Shown here piece after piece: positions 51,534 through 64,000 of a stretch of DNA of 64,000 nucleotides. The notes beneath the pieces were generated by a model, which did not search any database, was not told the DNA's origin, and was given only the letters and a program-made list of their open reading frames with translations. Source of the DNA: Ginglymostoma cirratum (lineage: Eukaryota); NCBI GenBank assembly GCA_024137785.1, contig JAHRHZ010000069.1, positions 14,519,235 through 14,583,234 of the forward strand. Reading direction: 5' to 3'. The position numbers and the translations under genes are program-made. Position 1 is the stretch's first letter, and the number at the start of each line of letters is the position of its first letter.

Positions 51534-51838
51534 GTAATTGTCTGTTGGATTCTTCAATGCCACAATATCCAATTTACGTTGTGGACAAAAACATAGGAAT
51601 TTCCACATCAGGTAAAATACCCAGCTGGAAGCTAACCCACCTCAGTTCACGGCTGTTGTCATCACTTCAGCCATTGCTACTGGAGAAAATACTGTCAGGC
51701 CTTTGCCTGTTCCATTGGCTCCCATTTGCCATTTGGGTTTGGCGTCTCCTCCTACTCATGTCTTCACATCAATTCTGTTTCAAATTGTGCGCTTCAAATA
51801 CTAATTTTGTTTTTTCTTGCTTTCACCACATTTTGAAG

Positions 51839-51946
51839 GAAAATCAAGAGGGTGCAGCATGTGAGGGGATTTTTGTGTCAAAAGTAGTGGAGAATGGGCC
51901 AGCAGACAAAGAAGGAGGATTACAGACTCAAGACCGGATTCTGGAG
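51839..51946 (+). CDS. PDZRN3: PDZRN3-like coding exon 3 (PDZ1 middle)
   Basis: Pyrimidine tract and acceptor ttttgaag. 108 nt encoding [36 protein letters not shown]. Donor gtatgt, in frame with exon 2. Confidence 0.93.
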
Positions 51947-54022
51947 GTATGTGGAAGTTACTCTTTGAAGAGCTGCTGCAAACTTGATTTAAGTTGGAAG
52001 GTAAAGTTGCCTGGTGAACATTAGTATAAAGTACCTCTCTCCCTTCCTATCATGTTTAAGGGCAGGATGATGATACTGTTTATTTCTTTCACTCTGTGGC
52101 AGTGAGGCAGTAAGGTAGGGTTTTTCAGGATATGGACCAACATTTTTCCATCTACGTGCTTTAGTAAAACTTCCTACTAATATCCTTTACAATGATGTGT
52201 ATTTTCTAGCGTGGTCATTTTAATGAATGTCATATATTTTCATTTAGAATTAGATATTCGTTGTGCTGTGCTTTTAAGGGTACTGGCAACTTGTCTGATG
52301 CTGAATAATTGAAGTTTATTTCAAGGTCTCGCAGAGAGTGGTGAGGCAAATCAGGAGAAAAAAACAGCATGATTTCTTTGTGCAACTGAGGTGAAAATGC
52401 ACTGCTCAAGATCATTACAAAATATGCCACAAGACTTGGTTGCCTTTACTTCAGCTCTGTGCAAGCGTACTCTTTCACATTTTCTGTTGTGAATTACAGT
52501 TGTAGAATTGCTATGTTTAAGATAGCGTCCGTTCGTCACAGTGGGAAATAATTGAATCCCTGCTGATCTTGTAAATGGAGTAATTATGAGCTTTTTTTTC
52601 AGCAGTCTCTGCTGTCAGTGATTCCGGATTTAATGTTTTTGATAAGCTTTCTTATGAAGGGGTTTACAGTTCATAAAGTGTGAAGGTAAATTTCTTTCTC
52701 CTTCTGCACTTTCTTTCGCTGGGCCATAAGCTTTTATGATTCTTTCTTAGTTGAAGTTGCCTTTCGATTGATTTCTTGATAATTTTTATCAGTTAAGTAA
52801 CATGATATGACATTATTTTCTTTGATACTATGTGCCTATATTCTAATTGCATTTTTCTCCCTATATTGTGATTTACACATTTTCACCTGTGTGCAATTAT
52901 TTATTGCAACACACTTAAGTGATAGTTAATACTTAGAATGTGAAAATAGACCATGGATAGAGGCAAAATTGATAAGTGCACTAAGTTATGTCAGTTTGCT
53001 TTGAAAAAGATGATACCTCAATCTTCACAGCTGATTGAGTTAAGTTTTCTATTCCATTTTATTGCTTATTGTGTGTATTTATGGAGAATAATGACCTGCT
53101 TACCAATGGCTTACAGAAAGTAAACAGAGTTGGTACCCATGTAATATGAGTGAGTCAGTTGCAGCTGGTTCATATCCGCTAAACTACTGATCCCTCATGT
53201 GCAGCATGTGTTTATGTTGGCTGTTGTGCATTGATGTTTTTGACTTATTTTCCATTTCTGACCGTGTTTGTAATACATTCATTGCTCGGGTGTGGGACTT
53301 GACATTGGAATCGAGGGGTTTCTCTTTTCCATTGTCAACTTTGCTGTCACGAGGATCGCCTCGTTTGCTTCTGTATGTGTTATCCCTTAATGAAGCTAAA
53401 TATAACAGTAGGGGGCCTTTTCAACTGGGTTTCAATAATTGATGTCTCAAGGGAAAATTTGTAGCAGGAATTCTGCCCATATTTCCTTTCCGTGCCTGAG
53501 GACAATTACAATGGACCACTGCTGCTCCGACCTATGTAGTCTGAGAAGGTTCATTAGCTTGTATGATGTATACAGTATTGAGTGCAAACTACTGCATTAT
53601 AGACTTACATGCTGTGAAACTTAGTTTTTTTTAAAATATGGTAACAAGGGATTACAGACAATTTAGAAACTTTATAGCTGTGGCAAGGGGAAAAAAAAAT
53701 TGAAAACTTTCCATTCCATTACTCAAGCAATTGCACACAGATGCCAATCAGCATTTTGTTTTCAAATTTGAAATATATTGGAGCCTAACAATTAAGAAAA
53801 GCTATTATTCCTGCACACTCTCAGCCTATTTGTGAAATCACTTATCAGTTTATCAGTGTGTTGCAACAGCAAATTGGTCAACACAACAAAACTTATGATG
53901 TCTTCTTATATTGTTTTACATAGTTTGCACCAACCTTGGTTTTTATGTTCACTTGAATATCAGTACCTCACCTTTCCTTTGTTATTTCTGCGCTGTTTAC
54001 CTACAAATTAAATGTGACTTTT

Positions 54023-54337
54023 TTAGAGCCCCTACAGTGTGGAAACAGGCTATTCGGCCCATCAAGTCCACACTGCCTGTCTGAAGAGCATCTGACCCAC
54101 ACCCATTCCCCTACCCCTGCATTTCCCACGTCTAACCCATCTAGCCTCCAAATTCCCTGAACACAATGGGCGATTTAGCATGGCCAATTCACCTAACCTG
54201 CACAACTTTGGACTGCAACCCCACACAGACACGGGGAGAATGAATAAACTCCACACAGACTGTCGCCTGATGTTGAAATTGAGCACGGTCCTTGAAACTA
54301 TGAGGCAGCAGTGCGAACCACTGAGCCACCGTGCCCC
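54023..54337 (-). mobile_element. HE1-like V-SINE
   Basis: tgaggcagcagtgcgaaccactgagccaccgtgccc head, atttagcatggccaattcacctaacctgcac core, CR1-like tail. Confidence 0.85.
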
Positions 54338-54959
54338 TTCATGATTTTCTTTTCGTTTCCAGTAGCATTTTAAAGGGACAAATAATCCATCCTACTATAA
54401 GTGCAATTATTCAAGAGGTTTAAATATGTTTACCAGGATACCTGTGATTTTTTTAAAGGCATGCTTAAAACAATGCACCCTTAATGCATAGCTTTCTATA
54501 AAGTAAAACCGTTTCTCTTCCATGTTAAACCTCAATCCAACTATCACATCTTGTTTCCATTCCTCCCCATCTCAGTGCACTTCCAGTAATAGCTTTTACT
54601 CCCACCCCTGCCTGTTCAATGTTAGAAGGCTTCAGCCATCCTTGGCTCTTTACCTTAGTTGCACACTGTCTTTTGGTAATCTCAATCGTAAGTCTGCAGC
54701 TTGTTCTCTTTGTTGCCATTGTCAGCTGCTTGACAACTTTAGGGATGTTGAATTGTTTAGCTTCATTGATTATGAAATGAACAGAAATCTCATTGAAGTC
54801 CACTTTGAGAAAACTAAAGCCATCTAACTGACTTTCAGCAAGGGTCTGCAGCTTTGTTTCTGGCTTGGACTCCATGCTGATTTCTGTTGTCACCTAAACC
54901 TAGAGATAATCAGCCTCAGCCTTTGCTTAACACTGAGCTTCAGATCCCATTTCCTATCC

Positions 54960-56730
54960 ACCACTGATAGTCCGTTTCCATCTCGCTACCACTGCAGCTG
55001 TCACCCTCCAGCAAGAAGACTGAAATGAGGGGCACCTGGAAGAAAGGACAGGCCAGAGAGGAGGAAAAGGTAGCCCGTGCAGAGGCACAGCAACTGACCC
55101 AGCTCCTACCTGGACAGAGTCGATGGAGGAAGAGGAAATGAATGAGGCAGGGGAGTAGATAGTGGTAAGAAACAATTTCCAATGTAAAATGCGTCGGGCC
55201 CCCACAGGCCCACAGCAAAATGGAAAGAGGCAGCTGCGTGATGGACCCAACAGCAGCTTTTCTGATGATGATGATGTGCAGAGAGATGGTCACTAACAAA
55301 ACAAGAGCCACAGCACCACGGGAGGCAAGGAGAGGAGCACCCCCTCTCAACCCGGAAATGCCGGACATCCCAAGGGCTCGGTGAAACCCAACCCCCAGCC
55401 ATCAGACCATGGGTTACCCACTGCACTGGACAACCAGCAACAGCAACACACCAAATCAGGAGCAGAGCCCGACGGTCCCTCAGTTGGACTCGGAGCCAGA
55501 TCTTCCTTTCTTCGTTCTTGCCCAAATGACACCAGATCAGGGCAAGAGGTTCTTTCTCATCAAAGATGTTCAGAAGGATGAAAACTCCCAAACTCCAGAA
55601 AATCATGTAGAGCCTATTCCTGCTGTAGACTATAGGGAACAATGTCAGCGAGGACCTGCAGGAGGTGAAGAGCTAGCAAGCCTCGCTGTTTGCCTCAGAA
55701 GCTTCCAAGATAATCTTCCAGTCCAGGATGAGACGCGCTCACTTTTCTTCTTCCAGATGGTGCACAAGGAAAGCCCTGTTCTCAGCAGCCGGAAGGAAGA
55801 AGATGGCTCAGTAATGTCATCTCAGTCTGACATTCTAAGGATCAGCAAATCCTTTTATGACATGAAGCCCACAGACAGTGCAGCCTCCCAGTTATTCCTG
55901 TCCTGTATCACGGAGGTCTTGGATGCGGGAGAGTCTAGACCAGCCGTTGTCTCTGGATGAGCTGACAAAGGCCCTTGAATCCTTAGAAATGAATAAAACT
56001 CCCGGGAACGACAGCTTCTGTTTCAGTTGTATTCAGCTCTGTGAGACTTGATTGGCCTGGACATGCTGGAGGTGTTTGACAGTGTGCTTCTGGCAGATAG
56101 TATGTGTGAACCCATGAGGAATAGTATCGTCACACTCATCGACATGCAGAAGTAGGAGAGGGAGGAAATTAGAAATTGGCAATCAATCTCATTGCTGAAT
56201 GCAGACTGCAGAATTCTGTCTAAGGTCATCGACAACTGGGTCAGATCTGCTCTGGGATTGGTGATTCACCCCAACCAAACCTGTGTTGTACCAGGCAGGA
56301 CGATCTCTGAGAGCTTTGTGCTCCTCAGGGATATGATCCCTGAGTGCAGTGCAGTACAGGGAGTGTGGACACCTGCCTCATTAACCTGGACCAGGAGAAG
56401 GCCTTTGACATGATATTGTATGTGTACATGTGGGACTTGCTGTCCAAAATGGGCTCTGGGGAGAAAATCTGCAATTGGATCTGACTGCTCTGCACCAACA
56501 TCATTGATGTGGTCTCAAATCAATAGGTGGGAATCAGAAAGCTTCCCGATCAGATCTGGAATCAGGCATGGCTACCCACTCCCTCCTGCCTTGTTTGTGT
56601 GTTGTATGGAGCCTTTTGCTGAGTCCGTCAGGAAGGATGTGAGCCTGAGAGGGGTGACTATTCCAGGCAGGGGAGGCCTGCAGGTCAAAGCCTCTCTGTA
56701 CGTGGATGACATCACCATTTTCTGCTCTTT
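54960..56730 (+). mobile_element. Tx1-clade (L1-like) non-LTR retrotransposon relic, internally deleted
   Basis: ETRSLFFFQ..HK..EDGSVMSSQSDILRISKSFY, NKTPG.D, NWQSISLLNADCRILSKV..IHPNQT..VPGRTI, DQEKAFD, GIRHG.PL.PALF, LYVDDITIF. Confidence 0.85.
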
Positions 56731-59564
56731 TGCCTGCTTCAAATTTCACATGGGGCTAATGCAACAATATGCTTGCATTCCCACCGAATTGAAACCATGA
56801 GCAAAATCCTGTAGTCACACTTGAAATTCTGCCTTTTGACTTTGCGTGAGAGTGCTCCTTGTTTAAGTTGGTAATCAAATTAACGGATGGCGATGTTTTC
56901 TGATCTTGAATACTTGTAAACAATTGGATTTACCAAATCCAAGCATGTAGCTATTAAAAATGAATATGGTTTGTTATATTTGAAATATATGTGTTCATGA
57001 TTACAATGTTACAAAATTAACAGACTTGATTTTATTGAATTCGGACAGTATGAGCCTCATCTCCAGAGGAGCTAAAAGAAATGTGCAGATCTTTGGCCTC
57101 TGACTAACACTGGATGGAAAGCAATAATGAAACATCATTTAAAAATAGTGTGTGCTGCATGGCAGAGGCAAGGATTGCAATCATGGGGTCCGAGTCCGGG
57201 TCCTGCTCCTAGCTTGGGTTGCCAGCCCTGCTCTGGTCCCTGACCTGAGCACTGTGGCTTTGCTCCTGACCTGAGCACTGTGTACTCCCCTAGAACTCAT
57301 GGCTCATCTGCATGGTATCTGCCATCCAAAGACAAACTAGATTAAGCCTCATGCCCTCATATTTTGATAATGCCACACTGTAGGTTAAAGAGGAAGAAAA
57401 AAATCATTAAGTGCATTTGAAATAGCAGTTTTAATGATGACCAACTTCTGCAACATCCCATTTCATGACTAGATGAACTTATTCCACTGACTGACAGGTA
57501 GAGTTCACAGACCCCCAGTGCTTTATCATGCTGCACATGATACCCCAAATGCATACACAAACTGTTTTCATTTCTCCCTGTGAATTTTTTCTTTTATCAT
57601 CAGTGGTTATCTTCATTTTATCATTTTTATTACTATTTGCAATTTGATTCTGCTTTCATGCACAATGTACTGCTTTTATTTGAGTGCAAATGCAGGTTAA
57701 GTGAACCTAATACTCACCAAATCTTAGTGTCCAGCTTTTCATGGATATGGCATGAATTCTAATTTTTGAGTTGGCCCTTTTTAAAAGAGAGAATATAACC
57801 TCCAGGAAATCTCATGTTGGATTCTGCCTGGCCTGCTGAGTATTTCCAGAAATTTCTGTTTTAGTTTCTAGGGAATAGGTTTAATTTGGAAATGACTTAA
57901 CATGAAGTTGCATTTTAATATGCTGCCAAAGTCAACCCCTCTACCTCAATGTTTCAATAGATTTAATAACATCATGTACATCATTCTCTAGACCATGTTA
58001 TTTTGTGAATTTCATGTTAATTTAAGCCAGTGGGGTGTGTTTTGGTCTGGAGCACAAATATCAAAGACCATTCTGCTACAAACAAGAAATTTGATGACTG
58101 AGAAAATCATTTCAGAATCAGCTAAAAACTAAAACGCAGCATGATGCAACCTTTGTCTTTTGAGACTACTTTTAAATATGGTGAACAATTACATATGTCA
58201 TCTACAGATTCTCTTGTGTGTGCCAGTGTTTTGTGGAAAACTTTTTTTGTGCTTTTCTTTTGCCTTCTGTTTGTTTTTCAACTAACTGGCTTAAGTGGAT
58301 GTTCTGTGGTCTGTGGAATTGTATGCAAATACTTCAAGCTTTGTAATTCAATGCAATATGTTTCTTCTGTCCTTTCGGGTGAGTATTCTGAGCTAATCCA
58401 AGTTTCAGAGGGCTCATGTTGTAGCCAGAGATGACCTGTCTCTCTCCAGTAAGAAATGTCTCGTGTTTGAGAACTTATCATCATAGCAAGCATTCGGAGG
58501 GTGTTAAACTGGAGACTGGATATGTTTGGGAACTTGTCAAAAGTCAACAATGCAAACAGGAGAGTCCTATGTAATATTAAGCAGCAATTCAATGTGAATG
58601 AACAAATACTGGCTTTTTAAATTCACACTTCCAATCATTGGTGGTTATCATTGAACTGCTATGTGAAGTGGCACTTGAGATATGTGTTGTTGAGCAACAC
58701 GCGTGCATTCTTCAGTAAGCCCAAATTTACTGGTTAGTGTTGTGTTTAATATCCCAGTTATACTGACAAATGAAAATACTTTATTCGCGGAGTGTTGTGT
58801 GCTTCAAATAATTTTTTAACTCCTTAGGGAATACAGTAATCTTCCTGGTATCTGGCACGTGTGGGAAATTGGGTGTTGGGGGGTGGTGCACCCAGTTACA
58901 TGAATCTGCCATTTGTATGAGAAATACATTTGGCAGCTGGGGTAATTTGACTCGTATCTACCACAAGATGAATGTACGTTCTAAAAACAAGGAGCCAGAA
59001 TCACCTATATGCACTGGTATACTGGCCTCGATAGCTCATTCTGTCTTTCTCAATAAAGTAATTCTCAAATAAGCTTTAATAAAGTGTCTGAACTATTATT
59101 CCCTTCCAACAGTCAATGCCAGTAAAGATCTAAAGCATTTGGAATTTCCCCTTTGAATCTTGTCCTCTGGTTGCATGAGAATTCTAGCTCCTTAGGATCT
59201 GAGTAGTGAGAATTTTACTGTAGTGAGTTTCATTGACTGGTTCTTGGATTATTGTCCTTGATCCAAAGTATTGGTTTGCCAAGGTGTGTCGTAGCAAAGT
59301 TTAAGAATCAATCTGTTCAAAGGACACCTTGTGGTTTAAATAAAAATACAAAGTAAATTTTTGTATTATTTTATTTGTTTCATATCAAGAATGAGTTAAT
59401 GCTTTCATAATCCATGGAAAGCAGATTGAATGAAAGCTTGTTTATGTGAACCATGTGTAGCGTACTCAATAGCACTTGGTGTTATATAGTCAATCTTATC
59501 TGCCAAAAATCTGTTTATTGCAAATGATTTGTTGAAACAGACAGGGTAAAGAGGAAATGGTGGC

Positions 59565-60073
59565 ATTTTTCCTTGCGGAGCATAGAAGATCATTTTTAAC
59601 TTTCTCCATGCACTGCAGTATGTTGCATCTAACCTCGGACCCTGCACTTACTCTTGTTAACTCGATCCAGGCTGGCAGAGCCTGGTGGGGTGGCCTCCTC
59701 TGCCCGGCAGCAGGATAAAGCACCGCCCTTCTTTCCAACTACCCATTCATGAGCAGCTGCTGGTCTCTGTCACCAAACCAAGGAGCTAACTTTCTTTTTC
59801 TTGTCCATTTCCATGGGAGTAACAGTGCACCTCCATAGTGTGAAGGCCAGTTCCTGACCTGATGCTTGAAGTGCTGTGGGGAGCTGGGATTTAAATATGC
59901 CACAAAGTCTCAGCAGTGACAAACGCTTCTGTCACTTCAACCACATGATTTCACAACTGGGGCCAGAGACACCAGTTGCATGATTAATACCATGAAAAGC
60001 GGATGATTGTATGAGAAAAATTGAATCTCACTCAAAAAAAAAAAGCACCGGTCGAAAAATATGAAAATTCAGC
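59565..60073 (-). mobile_element. PIF/Harbinger relic, second copy: Myb/SANT exon and terminus
   Basis: KLAPWFGDRDQQLL...ERRAVLYPAAGQRRPPHQALPAWIELTRVSAGSEVRCNILQCMEKVKNDLLCSAR is a Myb/SANT-like pattern. The region ends in gaaaattcagcc, as the 1621-2150 copy ends in gaaaattcag. Confidence 0.75.
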
Positions 60074-60184
60074 CTTGTACCAATGTTAAGTCCTTCAGTT
60101 AAAACCAGTGCTCTTCTCATTAAGGTAGAATTTTTTATTGGTCCCAAATCTCATTAGTAACACCTTGAGTTAAATTTTGTTTTT

Positions 60185-60710
60185 TGTTCTGGTCGCCACA
60201 CCACTAGAAGGACTGGATGCTTTGGAGAAGGTGCAGAGAAGGTTTACCAGGATATTGCCTCGTCTGGAGGGTTTTAATTATGAAGAGAGGTTTGATAAAC
60301 TCAGAGATTGTTTTCACTGGAAAGATGGAGGCTGAGGGGTGACCTAATAGAAGTCTACAAAATTATGAGAGGCATTGATAGGGTGAATAGTCAGACTTTT
60401 TCCCAGGGCGGAAAGGTCAACTATGAGAGGGCACAGGTTCAAAGTGAGAGGGGGAAAGTTTAGCGGCGAAGTGTGGGGAAAATTTTGCATACAAAGGGCA
60501 GTGGGTGCCTGGAACACACTGCCAGTGGAGGTGGTGGGAAGCAGGCAAATTAGCAACATGTAAGATGTGTCTTGACAGACTCATGAACGGGAGGTGAAAA
60601 GAAGATAGCAACCATTTATGGGCAATAAGCAGCGGGTCTAAATAAGAACTAGGAATTGGCACAGGCTTGGTGGGCCGAAGGGCCTGTTCCTATGCTGCAT
60701 TGTATTGTAT
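60185..60710 (+). mobile_element. CR1 3' end, frameshifted
   Basis: FWSPHH*KD..ALEKVQRRFTRILPRLE...LRGDLIEVYKIMRG and tail gtgggccgaagggcctgttcctatgctg. Confidence 0.85.
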
Positions 60711-61434
60711 CATACAAACAGCTACTGTTATGTGCTCCAAGAAGGCATTGCAGAAAAAGAAGAACAAAATCATTAAGGAAGATGATAAGGAAAAGGTTTT
60801 CCTCTGACTACGCCCTCAAGCAAATGTCACTAAGCATTCCTTTGCTTTTAACTGGGCACATATTTCTGTTGACGAATACGATACTCAAAATGACTCCCAG
60901 TTGAGATTCAATCATGAAAAATGTTCTGCCAGTAAGAGATCTGTTATATATCTAATAGTTTTGACTGGAGGCCAAATTCTTGCAGGTTTTGATTGCCTCC
61001 ATCAAAGTCAGACTGTCAGGAAAACCATTTAGTCAAATTTGTCACAGTGGCTATGCTTTATTGTGTGTGGTTTTAGCATCTCTGTTATGAAGGTGAGGAA
61101 TTTGATATTGTTGAAATATGCAAGGATATGCAACGTTGTACAATTTCTCCTCTGCGATCCTTTTCACAAAAAAGGAAACTTCATCTACAGAGTAACCTGA
61201 GTTCCACAAACAACCAAGATCTTGGAATGCTTCTATTTAGGCTAAGGCTTCTGTTCTACCATTGAATGAAGAAAAACAGCTGATGGTATTAGCTATTTGG
61301 TAACTGTGGTTACTATTCTGAAGAGCTTTAAGAAATAGCATCAGCATTTTAAGAGTCAGGCCCTTGTAGACCACGAAGAATTTAGTTGACAGGTGCATTG
61401 CTGGAAGGTTCCAGAGTGAAATCTTTCAACAAAC

Positions 61435-61459
61435 TGCGCGCGCGCGTGTGTGTGTGTGT
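61435..61459. repeat. (CG)n(TG)n microsatellite
   Basis: tgcgcgcgcgcgtgtgtgtgtgtgt, alternating purine-pyrimidine. Confidence 0.85.
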
Positions 61460-63541
61460 CGTTCATCAGTGTTGGTGTCCCTGGCTAGGCCAGCATTTAT
61501 TGCCCATCCCAATTGTTCAGGGGGCAGTTAAGAGTCAACCACATGGCTGTGGGTCAGCAGTCACATGTAGGCCAGACAAGGTAAAGTAGGCAGATAGTTT
61601 TCCCAGAGGTGCGAAAACTGGCTGGTTTCCAGGGTGACCTGCCGGTCAGCTGGGGGGAGCGGGGCCCTCCATTTGCTTCAGTTCAAGGGATAGGGGAGAT
61701 GGAGACGGGGGATGGTAAGCCAGCCTGCTGTCCTTGCCCAGCCGAGGTTCCTTCTAATTTCTGCAGCCATTGTGCATCATACTGGCTGAAGAAGCCAGAA
61801 GCGAATGGTTTGGCATGGCATTGGCACTCTGGTGTACATGGACCCAACCGGCCAGCTTGAAAAGATCATTGGCCCCAACCTTTTGAGCCTATTTTTTCCT
61901 TTGTTCTCCTTCTGCTGCCTCAAAATGTTCCTGCTTCCTTCGAGAAAAATTGCTTTCTCTATTTTGTCATGACATCTATTGTACCCAACCTCAAACATTG
62001 TTAGGATAGACACCAATGCCTTCCAACAAGAGTAAGTTGGTGAAATAATGACATGGCAATATTTCCTGTCTTATTACGTGTACTCTGATAAATAACTAAA
62101 TTACATACACAAGGAATACTGTTTTTGTAGGCAACTTGTACTTTTAACTATTGGTGATGGCTCTTCTTGAATACTTTATCACCACTCTTCTCTCTCAAAC
62201 ACAGTCCTTTTAGCAAATTATGACCAGTTGGTCCCAGTCCTAAGTTAGTTACTGTATCTACATTTTGCCAAGTAGGCACTTTGTTTGACTGTTGCCAGGT
62301 GACTTTCTCAGTTTTTGGAGAATTTCTCAAATTTATCATTGCAAAACCTGTTCCAGTGATTCTGCAGGCCAGAGAAAATTTGCTGAAATCTGGGAAGGTT
62401 GCAGGATGGATCTCCACAACTAGAGACTGACATCTAGTATCTTTCCCATAGATGGCCGTACAAAGGCAAGTAGCCTTTTAGCTAACTCTGCAGGATACCT
62501 CCGTATGTGATAATCTTTGTTTTTCTGGGGAAACCTGTAACCTGATCTCAAAAATGATGTCCCCTGGTCTCTTCCTTATGCAATGTGAAACACACTCCCT
62601 TTGCATTCAAATAGCAGTGCTAATTAGCTAGTTCTGACCTCATTTCCCTTTTTCATCCTGGATGTAAGTGGACAGTTAGTAGCACAACTGCTTTCAAGGT
62701 GATACCTATAATATCTTTCTACATATTCTGGCCCTAAGTCTTTCAATTTTTCCCGCCTGAGAAGTGGCAGGGAATGTGATGTGAAAAGAAGGGAATAGAG
62801 TGGATTGGCAAAGAGGAGGTCCCTGTTCTGGGTTGGATGGTCTGTGGCTGACCTTCCTGTCGTGCTGTCAATTGATGCATTAAAGTGGTTAATTAATGAC
62901 ACTGAAGGACGTCCTCTTGCCTCGACTCCAGATGCAGGTGAGAGATGCAAGAGGTGGTCCATGTGACTGGAAGACCAGTCTGGACAGGTTACCATTTCTT
63001 TGGGGGCAGGATCTCTCTATCTGCACTGGAGATTGTGTGCATGATTCACGACCCGTGACAGCCTCCTCCATCACCCTCGAAACCAGGCCCTCTCCTCTCA
63101 ATATCACCTTCCTACCTTGTTGGTGATCTACAATCTGACGGTCTGGTTTGTGATGCTCTGCCATCTGGAGATGTTGCCTTTGGCCAGAAGTTCTAGGTGA
63201 GTGGGATTTCCTGCCCTGGGCTCATAAACCTGGCAGAAAGCACACCCACAGCCATTCAACTGCCTGATTGACAGAACATTGGGTGGGTAGACCATGGGTT
63301 GCTCTCTCGGCTGAAATTCTGCTTACTCAGTGGGAAAATCCCGACCTGCTGTCATGAAAATTGTAAACTCTGAAATAGCTATCACTGAGTCCAAGCCTAG
63401 ATACCACCCATATTTTTGTCAGCAAAACATTCCAAGTCTTCCTTTGATCTCTCATAATCAAACCACTGAGGCCTACTGCAGGGCAGGCCATGGAACAGAT
63501 CACATAACTTCTTTAGTTATACCTCAAATTTAAAACCACAC

Positions 63542-63774
63542 TGTAGTGATTGGAATGAGGTCAGACAGGTGGATAGCATAGAATATGAGTTCCCTGATTA
63601 GACCAGGCTAACATCCCCAATCAGGGAGCCCTGGATGACGGAAACAGGAGTGTCACGGGTTCTGTTCACCCTCAGAGCTGGTTCTGCTCTGGCTGGGCCA
63701 GAGTCACGTACTATGCTTGTGTAAATAACAGGTGATTTGGTGACGCGATACCAGGGCTTCATGGACTTATTTCA
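63542..63774 (+). mobile_element. Putative solo LTR
   Basis: TGTAGT...TTTCA ends, internal inverted repeat ccctgatt/aatcaggg, AATAA-like signal, imperfect 4-bp flanks acac/acaa. Confidence 0.55.
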
Positions 63775-64000
63775 ACAATCGCAAATTATAATCATCATTT
63801 CAACTTCTTAATTGTAACAATATACTGAACTACCAAGTACAAATTAAATGAATAAACCTTGTTCATTTAAACTTAACACTTCAACATCGCAACAATGTAA
63901 ATTTGCAAAAAGTTGTGTTGTTGATCTGTGAAATTCTGTGGTTTTGCCCAGTGAAACAGATGTTTTTGGTTTTTAATTTTTTTTTTGTTAATTGCCAAAT

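Noticed and set aside
57239-57282. 18-bp local duplication cctgacctgagcactgtg (also a 12-bp one at about 38144-38170)
   Set aside because: Ordinary slippage or junction duplications with no further structure.
51947-64000. Exon 4 (VNG.DLS...) or an alternative short-isoform first exon (MGCN.C type)
   Set aside because: No matching peptide with splice sites found by eye; MCSMCLC at 53197 and MCSKKALQK near 60730 are unconvincing. They probably lie beyond the window.

Overview
Vertebrate genomic DNA, almost certainly a cartilaginous fish (shark), judged from HE1/V-SINE, SacSINE1/DeuSINE-like, CR1 and Penelope-type repeats. It is AT-rich and has two assembly gaps. Two host genes lie on the + strand. 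The first is the last coding exon and 3' UTR of a GPI-anchored contactin (CNTN3/CNTN4-like, 7248-7351). About 34 kb downstream are exons 1-3 of a PDZRN3-like RING/TRAF-Zn/PDZ E3 ligase (41818-42531, 46307-46387, 51839-51946); the window ends inside its intron 3. Nearly everything else is layered decayed mobile DNA: CR1, L2 and Tx1 LINEs, a Gypsy pol relic, PIF/Harbinger nuclease and Myb relics, several SINE families and putative solo LTRs. The most notable observations are (i) short TSD-flanked Penelope-type inserts carrying hammerhead-ribozyme cores, (ii) one such insert upstream of the PDZRN3-like gene that contains an inverted copy of its own downstream flank, (iii) a LINE with a tRNA-like head together with its internally deleted SINE derivative, and (iv) uncertain paralog identity of the contactin/PDZRN pair. 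I found no convincing wholly new coding system. Repeat boundaries are approximate and family names come from recalled consensus motifs, not searches.
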